From the NCBI GenBank assembly GCA_020891255.1, contig BQFW01000013.1, forward strand, positions 186,001 to 250,000: a stretch of DNA of 64,000 bases, in the 5' to 3' direction. Shown here piece after piece: positions 12,565 through 22,057 of this stretch; position 1 is the first letter of the stretch; each line of letters opens with the position of its first letter. Under the pieces are notes generated by a model. The model had not been told where the DNA came from. It worked only from the letters and a program-made list of their open reading frames with translations, and ran no database searches. The translations under genes and the position numbers were made by a program. This stretch comes from Entomortierella parvispora E1425 (taxonomy: Eukaryota > Fungi > Mortierellomycota).

Positions 12565-14599
12565 TGGTGCAGGGAAAGAAAGAGAGACAGGGAACGAAAG
12601 GTCGTGGGAATCGTATGGGCTGTTGATGTTGCTACTGTGGGTGATGGTGGTGGTGGTAATGACGGGAGACTGAAACGGAAAAAGAAAAAGAAGGGGCTGC
12701 CAAACGAGCAATGGTTCAATGCATGCCTTTGTGCCCCACAAGGCGAAGCACGCCCCGTGACCCGCTCTGCACGTGATGCCTCCTTGGGTTTTCTTTCTTT
12801 CCTTCTCTTCTTGATCCACATCCAACATAGAATCATGTAGTCCAGCGCTCCTTCACGCGGCCTTTTTGTACCAAATTCAATGTCATTCCAGCCCGTCTTC
12901 GAAAACAGTTGGAGGAAGCCCAAGAAATCATCCCTCCAGCTCTCTGACCTTGCGATGCCTCCTGCAACCGGTAAAAAAGAGTATCTCTCATCGCCCTTAG
13001 TCTCCTTATATCTCTGCTTCGCTTTTGATTTGTTTTTGACAAACAACAATTCTTTACAACTGAAAGTCTCCGTTGCTAAAACTTCTACTTACTATCCATC
13101 CTCCATCTTCTCTTGATCAACCGGCACACATTGTCCTGGGGTGGAAGAAAGCACCATTGTGGCAATAGAGGTGTTTCGCCCGAGCTAACGAGAATTCGAA
13201 TCAAGCCAAGGGATCCTCCAGAACCACTTTAATGGATATTTTCAACGGTTGTAGGAACGACATTCTACTACCAATCACAGTAAAGCCTCGATAATAGCCA
13301 TCGAGCAGTTTCCTCGCCTCCACGCCATGCCCTTTTCACCAACAGTGTTTGTTAAAACAAAGGGTTGCCTGTCAAATACAAAAGGGCAGCAGGGCAGCCA
13401 ATAAACAAGACATCTCTAAAGGTGCTCTACAACCTTATTTCGCAAAGATCCTCACATCCACTAATCGCACAACAAGTAGGCGCAACTCCAGGGACGACAT
13501 GAGATTGATACAGACGGAGAGACGGAGAGGTCATAGCCTTCATCAAACATTATTTTACTTTTGATGACCGGGGCTTGGTTTTGAGGACCAGAGCTATAGA
13601 GGCTGGTCTGCATGGACCATGCGACGATTGTAACTGAGACTAGCTGAACGGATCAATTGATACTTATATCAACAACAGGAAAAAAAAAAAAAAAAAAAAA
13701 AAAAAAGGAGGGTGTGGTCCTCCACACTGAAAGTCCACAGTCTCAGTCTCGAAAAATATAATCATTGCCACAACCACAGAAGGAATGTTGATGGAGGCTG
13801 GCTGACGGAAGGGTGGAACGGAAGACAAGGTCTCCATCAACGGCTCAGGCACTTAAAAATAGCATCAGTGAAAGACACACAGCTGAGGATGTGTGGTTGT
13901 AGTGGGGTGCTGGTTTTGGGTGAAGTACAGACAGTCAAGCATTGATCGCTTTTACCACATCTCAATTCCGCGAAATGGAAAAAAAGAGACGGCGGCGCGA
14001 ATAGAGTTGGGCTCCGACTCTCCTCACGGTGACACCAATTGACGCGTTTTGTCTTTTTGGGGCGATTTGGCCCACACGTTGACGAAAGCAACCTTCGGCG
14101 CAAGGTTAACGTATACGACTTTTCCTCGGTGAGAATTGGCATGAACACGTCTGTGGCGATTGCGGCCAGGTGTGTTTGAACGCCAACGGGTGCGCCACAC
14201 ATGAATTTGATTGCACAATGGCCTTTCTCAATCGCGGCATGATTAAAAAAATCACCATATGTTTTTGGTGTTGCAATTGTGGAGGTTATAAAATTTATAA
14301 TTTTACGTCCGAGAGAATTGAGTAGGGCCAATGACCAACCAAGGTGCCACTAGGTTGATTTTGTCTGTGTGCATGGTTGGAGACACGAAAAAGTGAAAAA
14401 TTGCTACAGGTAGGGGGTAACAGTTGACACGACGCGTCTTGTAATGAGAGTACATTTGAGGACGTAAAACTAACATGCGAAGCTGGTAGGGCGCAGGCGA
14501 TCTGGTTTATCGCGGCGTGCCCTCACGATTTTCTTGGACGAGTCGAAGCCGAGGGCTGAGGCTGTTGGACATGGTCTGCCGCGGCGTGCGCCAAGGATA

Positions 14600-15790
14600 A
14601 ACTGAGAATAGACTGGGTGGTAGGCGTGTTCTGTTGTACCTCTTGTACCAGGTGTTTGCCGTCTGCCTTCTTAATCGGGTGACCATACCAAGAGCAGTGT
14701 GAAGATCATCGAATCATTGTAGACAACGGCCTTCTGTTGCTATCTTCATTCAATGAGGGAGTAGGCGCTGTTTTGGTAGCTGTATTGTGTGGGAACGATG
14801 CTACGTTCTCACCACCTCCAAGCGGGTCAAAGCCTGAGCGCAGCTCCAGACCTTGATGGGGCGAGGACTATTCACGAACACATCCAGTCTATGCTGACTA
14901 TCATAGGTTTGACATGCCCTCAACCTCAAGTAGAGGGTAGAGCACGGAGCTCTTCTAACCTGGTCGTTTCCTCCATGAGTGACTGCACCTGCGCACCAAA
15001 CGGTCTGTGGATCCCGTTGAGAGAGAGTGATCGGACACTCGACGCTTGCTTGACCAAAAGGGTGAGGCAGTAGACAGTGGGTACAGCGATGTCTACTTTT
15101 TTAGCATCGGAGCCCAGCTCCTACGTCTGGCCCAGCTCGTACCCGGAATCTTGTTGGCCAGAAAGATCCAGCTGTTGAGATTCCTTGTGAAGTCGATCAG
15201 CTCCGACTTTTAGCCACAAGCTACCATCCAAACACCTACGGGCTCAAGTCTGATGGCCTCCAGATTGGCCAGCTTCTACATAGATCCGCAGGCGGAGTAG
15301 ATCGACTTCTACCTCCCTCGAATTCCAATCCCATAAAATCCAGATGCAGATGGTAGAACGAGACATAGATGGACGGAATATCGACGGCGCCACCCAGTCA
15401 TATCGGCCATAACTCGACCTGGATTAGCCCTTGTAATATCACCGAGCAACTTCAACACCAGCCCTGTGGAACTTTTGGACCTGCGTTGAATCGAAGGTCG
15501 AGGTGGCACAAGTTGCATCAGCCAGCAGCCTGCAAGAGCTTCAGATGATCTGACCTATAGCTGGGCTGGACGTGCAGGCGCGCGTGACAAAGCTGGTTCT
15601 TTCGAAGACAGCCTTCAGTCGGAAATAACCGATTTGTTTCTCATCGGTCAAGTTCAGGTCGCAGAACAAATAGAGTGGCCAGATTTGCCTGAATCCTCTG
15701 CTGACCCATGCACAGGCTGACACGTCCGATTCGGAAAGGTATTCAGCGATAATACTAAACAACTGGAGGCAACAAGTCAAAAGGTCTCTG
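14600..15790 (-). pseudogene. Decayed F-box/LRR-like gene, paralog of 19870..21441 and 60946..62517
   Basis: Collinear remnants in shifting frames with stops: IIAEYLSESDVSACAWVSRGFRQIWPLYLFCDLNLTDEKQIG, GRYDW, HLHLDFMG, FGAQVQSLMEETTRLEELRALPST*, PIKVWSCAQALTRLEV, KAVVY. The 3' limit is approximate. Confidence 0.8.
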
Positions 15791-16045
15791 GATCCCGTTG
15801 AGAGTGAGTGATCGGACACTCGACGCTCGCTCGACCGTGAGGGTGAGGCTGTAGACGTTGGGTACAGTGATGTCGATTTCTTGGAATCGGAGCCCAGCTT
15901 GTCGGCCACAAAGGTCCATCTGTTGACATTCCTTGTGAAGTCGATCAGCTCCGTCCTATACCCACAAACAACGCCCACAGGCTCATTGATCTGCCTCCAG
16001 ATTTGGCGACTCTCACAAGAGATCTACCAGCTTATCCATAGATCC
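15782..16045 (-). repeat. Direct repeat of ~15002-15286 (second fragment of the F-box pseudogene middle)
   Basis: Shared blocks tggatcccgttgagag.gagtgatcggacactcgacg, gggtacag.gatgtc, attccttgtgaagtcgatcagctccg, catagatcc; spacing about 780 bp. Confidence 0.85.
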
Positions 16046-16107
16046 TTTAAATCTATGGCTTTGGGCCCTTCCACCGTTGATAGCCGTCAAATGAAGACAT
16101 ACGCTCA

Positions 16108-16544
16108 GGAAGTCTGTGCGATTGCTGGATGGAGGCTGCAGTTCATTCAAGGCTGACTTGTTGATCTTGAAGTGGACATCACGGTGGTCATTCGTATCGC
16201 CATCATTTTTGAATGCTCGTGAAAGACATCCAAGAGGCTACAATGAAAGCTGTAAGTTTGTATGTGATATTACTAGAAACGAGAGATACGGATGAGGGGG
16301 GAGGACATACCTTGCGTATGAAATGACTAAGCTCTAGCGATGCCACTGAGAATGTCTTTTCTAGTGCGTCCTTGATATACGTGGTGTTTTCCTTCTTCCT
16401 GGCAGGCACAACTACAAAAGGTGTTGGCTGTCCGTCGGCTATCTGATTCCATAGATTCAGGACGATTGCAACACGTTTTGGTGTCTTAATCTGAAGTCTT
16501 GACCCAGTGCCAGGATGTGCAGAATATTGATAAGACCTTGTCAT
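16108..16544 (-). CDS. Putative spliced ORF with weak similarity to a Crinkler-type ubiquitin-like N-terminal domain; may be a pseudogene or chimeric
   Basis: ATG at 16544. Exon to about 16311 (..IRK|gtatgt), branch-like actaat plus TAG acceptor, exon 16242-16108 (PLGCLSRAFK...DFLS|gtatgt). LNLWNQIADGQPTPFVV..YIKDALE only loosely resembles CRN headers. Confidence 0.35.
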
Positions 16545-16604
16545 TTTCGACCTTCCGAAGGACGAGTGCGTTATTTGGCGGATAACTTCACTGACGCGTA
16601 ACTA

Positions 16605-16850
16605 TTGAGGAAAAGAGTGAGGGAGAGGGTGAGGGGAAAGAGGTAAAAAAAACCAAAGAAAGACAGCGGCGAGCCTCTTTGATTGGAGGGCGGGAAACAG
16701 AAGCTGCGCCTGTTTGTCTGTTGCCATCACCACCCTCCCCGTTATCAGTATGCCGCACACTCGTTGACGAGGAAGAGGGGGCGTGGAGGTGTGTCCATTG
16801 CGCAAACAAGCATCACCTTTTGTCCTTTCTCCAGCCCTGTCTACCTGTCA
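16605..16850 (+). repeat. Non-coding element X, inverted homolog of ~60375-60635
   Basis: aaagaaagacagcggcgagcctctttgattgg vs aaataaagacagcagcaagcctcttttattgg; tgtttgtctgttgc.atcac; tcagta..ccgcac; cctttct.cag.cctgtc. Confidence 0.75.
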
Positions 16851-19156
16851 GAGTTCGACCAATGAGGCGCCGAAGGTTGCCGGGTCAAGCGACAAGAGGC
16901 GCGTCTGTCTGCAGCTAGGGACTGATCCGCCTTGCTTTTGTTCCCTGTTGCAGCCAACATCATCACGGGTGGAATCTCAATCCTCCAAAGTGAGTGCCCA
17001 GCACAGTCACTTCCAAAAAAAAAGGGAGGCAGGTTCCAAGTGCCACAGACTTTTCGCCCCGATACCCTCCATGATCTTGTTGTCCAACGTCAGCCTGTTT
17101 GATCCAGCTTCCTCTGTCGCCTCGCTGGCACAAAAAAATAAAAGTTGGCGGGGTATTTTTAATAGAGAGCATGACCCATTTATTTTGACAACAACAAGCA
17201 CTATCGAGGGCCTGCTCTCAGTCAGCCTGCTCTCCAGAAAAGAAGAACAGAGCTGTGCAGGGTGCGCCAACGAGCAGGCGGCAGGCCATCGCACCCCACC
17301 TACCTTATACTTTACCTGGTAACCCTCAGGCAGCGGTATACACCCGCAGTACTCCAAGTTGGCCGTGTTAATAGACCTCCTCAGCCTCTCGGCCAAAGCT
17401 TTGCAACACTGAATACCGTGACTACAAGTCGAGGAGGCGTACCATAGAGCATCAAGGCGTACTGGGGAAGGGGGGACAAGGGGTGCAGTGTCTGACAAGA
17501 GGGGTGCAACAGACTTGGGCCCATGACAAAAGCAACAAACAACAGCAACAAGGAACAATGCAACAATCAAACAGAACAGGACCCAAGCTGTTGTTTTCTT
17601 GATCGAGCCAGGAAAGACGCAGCATCCAAAGGATTCGAACTGACGGAGGTAGTGTGGCGATCAAAGGCATGTGAGGGGCGGGAACGGTTCAGTGTGTGTG
17701 TGAAGAAGAGAGGAAAGAAGAAAGGAAAAAAGAGTCAAAAAGTGCCGCGCCTTTTTGTGTCCTTTCTCACACTCTGTCGCACTCTGTCCCACCCAGCCAC
17801 TCCCTCCCTCGTCATTCCCTTCCCTTCCCTTCCCTCACAACAAAAAAAAATAAAAAAAAGAGGGTCCGTCCTCCCTTCCCTCCCTGTGACAATCGATGCA
17901 CAGGCCCTTTTGTTTGTGCTCGCTTCTCCGTGAAGAGAGACCGATGCAACGATGAAACCATGTGCCCGGTATTCTCTCCCTGTGGTGGGCTCCTTTTCCT
18001 TGGGTCCATGTCAGTCTCTCTTCCACACCACACCTGTAGTCCAGAGGAAGGACTTCATAACACCAACGGCCTTCTGGAAGCAACGACAGGCTGATCTGTG
18101 CTCGACGTTGCATTCCTCTGCATCAAGGAGATGAATTCTGGCTGCGAGGCTCTAAACACCTCCGCCTGCTGGAGAGAACTGACACCATGCACAGCAAACT
18201 TGAAAAATGGACGGAGGAGAGAGAGATGTCAGCCCAAAGTGAGTTTATTCTGAAGGTGCTTGTCGCGGACAGTAAATCTGACCATGGTCCTCCTCCATCT
18301 TTTCGCTTTTTCTCTTTCCTTCTCTCTGGTTCTCGCTCCTGATCCATCCATTTCTCTTTCTCTCTTCTTGTCCCTCTTCTCTTTGTTGCAGATGTTGAAT
18401 AGGCAAGAAGGACAACTGCCAGCCACGGGCCATCGAAAGAAGAGTTTGACTGCAACAGAAATGTTGCAATAAAACTCGAATGCATCCCTCTGATTGAATG
18501 AACTAGGCCGAGTTGACGCTTCTCTTTCTCCCATGTCTGATTTTTGGTCCCTCACTGGCAGCCATCCTGAGGGAAGCGAGGCTGTGGTTGTGAGTCTTTG
18601 TTGTCGAGTCCATGTCAAAATATAGCGACCTGTCGTCATCTGGAGTTCCTCTGCCCACCATCGAAGCTACTTCGGAACAACAGGGTATGACGAGAACCAG
18701 AAGGTGGATCAGCCTTCATTGCCATTTTGGAATGGTACAATAATGTACAGCGAGGAAGAAATGCAGCCGGACCCTTTGAAGAGGCTATTCTCCTTTCATT
18801 CATGAAGCGATACAAGAACGCGGGCATCACAGTCCATCGCGATACATTCATCTCCCTCACAACCTCTTCTATTGATCCCTCTTCATGACCACACTGGTGT
18901 CCCTTTGGGGCAGAGTACCTCCGACATTTACAAGGACGGTCAAGATCCTGGTCGCTGGTCCGAACAGATAGACAAAAAAAAAAGAATAAAATGCAGATCC
19001 AGGACATGGCCCAGCCAAGATACAAGCAGCCTCGTTGGAATAGAGCTTACCCTTCGATGGCACTATGATTATTTTCACATGGTCCTTGCCTGTCTGCTTC
19101 GGCGAGGAACCATTTTTTTTTATATTATTTTCTATTCAATATTTTTTTTTCATGCG

Positions 19157-19216
19157 ACATTTGTTGCCATGGTGGATTGACGTCGACATCGGCCATATAT
19201 TTGGCCCTCTCTCTCT
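19157..19216 (+). promoter_or_regulatory. Putative core promoter of F-box gene copy 1
   Basis: 60-nt block identical in both arms, containing TGACGTC and a TATA-like CATATATTT between GGCC motifs, followed by a CT-rich tract. Downstream are putative 5'UTR donors (GTATGT at 19521 and 19742) and an acceptor at 19858-19859. Confidence 0.55.
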
Positions 19217-19869
19217 CTGTTTTTTGTGTTCTTCGTTCTCTCTTCTGCTTGCTCTTTCGCCTTCTTTCCAGAGAACATCCTCATCGCGCTCTTGCTCAGT
19301 TTTCAGCTTCCCCTTTACACCCCCGGCCATTCCTCAGCTCTTTCCCAAAGTTCCACTGCGATACACCCTCTTTCCTCTGCCCCCGTCTCTGCACCCACCT
19401 CTTCGGCCTTCAGAGACGCCTGCGCCCCATCCAGACGCTTTACAGACCTCGGCTTCCTCGACCTCCTTGCGCTTTGTTTCAAGCACCCACACGCGCACAC
19501 ACCCTCTCTTCCAAGCACAGGTATGTTAGTTCCCTTTCACAATCTGCTCATCCTCATAGGGCACGACCTCTTCACACCATCTCCATGCCGGCACTTGAGT
19601 ACTCACACACACACACACACACACCCTCTTCCCCTCTCTTCCCTCTCTCACTGCTAGACCAGCCTGCCGTTCTGTTGTTTTCTGTCCTTCCTCTCCTTGG
19701 GACTCTTACCTTGATTAAAACTCGTTTCCAGCCAACTTCAGGTATGTGTTCCCTCTCTCAGTTTTAACGGCTTCATCTCCTTCACCACAAAATACTCGAT
19801 GCCTCCTCTCCCTGCGCCTTATTAACAAACTCATTAATTATCTCGGCACTCCTAATCAGATATTCTACG

Positions 19870-21441
19870 ATGTCCGTCCTATTCAGCTTGCTTCCACTGG
19901 AGTTGGTTGGACTTGTTGCCGACTATCTCTCCGTGCACGACATTGCAGCATGCACAAGAGTCAGCCGAGGACTACGTCGAGTGTGGGCTCCCTATCTGTT
20001 CCGGGATCTCGACTTGACTAGTGAGAGTCAGGCCGGGTTATTGGATTTGGATTCTGTGCAGAGGCTCTTCGTGGAGAACGGTCAGCTCACGCGTTCCTTC
20101 GTGTCGGGCCATGCACTGGAGCACGGCATACTGTTGAGCGTGGCTAGATGCCCGAGATTGCGCTGCCTTGATCTTGACTTCCAACGCGGTTTCAGGGATT
20201 CCCCTAGCAGTACACTGGAGCTGGTTCGTTCCTTGACAATGAATAGTCCGTTCCTGGACCGTGTCACTCTGCATGGACATTATGACTGGACGGTCACCTT
20301 GAGTCTCTTTTCCCACTGCCGTTGTCTTTCTGAGCTGCATCTGGATTTCGCTGGGCTTACCATTCGCGAAGAGCCTGTGATGATTGATGAGTTCTATGTC
20401 GAATCCTTGTCCGGACCTGCTAGACTGACGAACGTGAAGCAGATGTCGTTCAGTGGTCTAAGGGGTTCCATCGATAGGATTGCTGACGTACTGAGCGCTA
20501 GTCCCAACCTGGTGGCTCTTACGATCCATGTTGATGGCGGCTGGTCACTTTGCGAAAAGTCCAGAACGAACATCATGGCGATCGTAGGGAATCTCCAAAG
20601 CCTGACCTGGAAAGCCAACCAGGCTGGCGAATGGGTGTTGGACCAGATGTTGGCTCTCGGGGGGCATGCCAAGAAGCTGACCATCGCGGTGCCAAATGTT
20701 CAGAGTCTCGGCTCCCTTGCCAGGAGTGGGGCTACCTCAGAGTCGATTACTCTAGATGGCATTTTCGGCTTTTTTGGCAACGACGTTCAGTCTTTCCTTG
20801 AGAGGGCTACTAGGCTGAGGGAGTTCTGCGCTCTGCCCCCCACCTTGTTGGAGCAAGGCCACTTGAGGATCAGATCCCATCATTTCCATGACGGAGCGGG
20901 CCTGATGGACGACCTGCCTTGGGTGCTGGACCTTGATGGCCCGACCCAAGTGTGGGGCTGTTCACTGACATTGACCCATTTGGAGATAGCCGTCGAATGT
21001 CTCTACCCCGCCTTCGATGAGAGGGACGAGTTCTCCCCGCCAAGCCAAGTCGAGCATACAGTCGTCTACCAACAGCTTGGCCTTTTGGTCAACCTCCAGC
21101 TCCTGCGTCTGGGGCAGAGAAGGGCGCCGATTCCAGGTGGCGTCGGAGAAGGACATGGAGGATATCAAACATCTTGTTTGATGTTGTCCCTTGAGTCGGG
21201 CATTGACCTGCTTCGTGACATGCAGGCGATGCGCACTCTTGACGTCCGATGGACCGCGCACCGGATCGGCGCGCCTGAGCTGGAGTGGTTCAGCACCCAC
21301 TGGCCCAAGTTGGACGCTGTACTCGGCCTCACAGACCTCCCCCCCGGTGCTGGTCAGCATTGTATCGTTCGCGCCGATCTTGCTGCCGATTGGATTTTGG
21401 CCCATCCTCGTGGAGTTGGCCGCAGCCACCACACGGCATGA
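19870..21441 (+). CDS. F-box protein with degenerate LRR-like region, copy 1 (523 aa)
   Basis: Intronless ORF. F-box LLPLELVGLVADYL...RVSR.LR..WAP.LF; LxxLxL repeats; C-terminal SLESGIDLL...LEWF..HWPKL module. Confidence 0.9.
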   Translation: MSVLFSLLPLELVGLVADYLSVHDIAACTRVSRGLRRVWAPYLFRDLDLTSESQAGLLDLDSVQRLFVENGQLTRSFVSGHALEHGILLSVARCPRLRCLDLDFQRGFRDSPSSTLELVRSLTMNSPFLDRVTLHGHYDWTVTLSLFSHCRCLSELHLDFAGLTIREEPVMIDEFYVESLSGPARLTNVKQMSFSGLRGSIDRIADVLSASPNLVALTIHVDGGWSLCEKSRTNIMAIVGNLQSLTWKANQAGEWVLDQMLALGGHAKKLTIAVPNVQSLGSLARSGATSESITLDGIFGFFGNDVQSFLERATRLREFCALPPTLLEQGHLRIRSHHFHDGAGLMDDLPWVLDLDGPTQVWGCSLTLTHLEIAVECLYPAFDERDEFSPPSQVEHTVVYQQLGLLVNLQLLRLGQRRAPIPGGVGEGHGGYQTSCLMLSLESGIDLLRDMQAMRTLDVRWTAHRIGAPELEWFSTHWPKLDAVLGLTDLPPGAGQHCIVRADLAADWILAHPRGVGRSHHTA

Positions 21442-21939
21442 AGATATGTAAACCACAGATTGTTGTACCTTTATAATTCCTTTGTATTTTTAGTTGTCAG
21501 TAGTCCCTTTTCTCCTTTGTATTTGTATCCTTTCATTCTTCCCGTCTTGATATTTGTTCTTTGTTTTGATATTTGTTCTGCTGTTCTCGTCCATAGTTGT
21601 TCTTCCTTTTTATATCTGTTCTGCCATTCTTTGTCATACCGCCTTTCTGTAATATATTCTTTCAAGGACTTGATCCTCCAAAACCAAATCAAAGTATCTG
21701 TTTCTCCAATGAACAGGTAGGCTTAGATTGTCCGCCCCTCCCCAAAAGATGTGGTCCGATAATCGTAAGAAAAGACGACCCTCAGATAATCCAACAAAAT
21801 GAAGCACGAGGGACCGAGTCTGTAGAAAGATCAGACGAGGCTAGAAAGAAGGAGACAGAAGAAGAAGAAAAAACAATGATTGCTCAACACAGACGTGAGG
21901 GTTGGTGCCTGGATGGTTTCTTGACGAAGCAAGCAAGAA

Positions 21940-21974
<35 letters not shown>

Positions 21975-22057
21975 CGAGTGGAGCGGTGGAGTGCAGATGG
22001 ACAAATGATTGGTATATTTCATGGTAGTTCACGGTGGCCAGAGAATAGCACCATTTT

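Larger units (their letters stand above)
18371..21718 (+). repeat. Left arm of a large inverted duplication (pairs with 60672-64000)
   Basis: Continuous reverse-complement similarity across upstream non-coding DNA, promoter, 5'UTR, F-box CDS and 3'UTR. Position 18371 matches the last base of the window, so the arm probably extends further. Confidence 0.95.

Noticed and set aside
17007-17570. 187-aa minus-strand ORF with signal-like start
   Set aside because: Non-ATG start, no recognisable motif; similarity to the F-box family was not convincing.
2555-21441. Apparent ubiquitin-system cluster (SPX-RING, CDC23, UBLCP1, F-box)
   Set aside because: Unrelated pathways, and such genes are abundant; no shared regulatory signature seen. 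It would need synteny or co-expression support.
21700-21740. Transposon ends (TIR, TSD, Helitron hairpin-CTRR) at the inner boundaries of the inverted arms
   Set aside because: None recognisable and no transposase in the window, so the arms are called repeats, not a mobile element.
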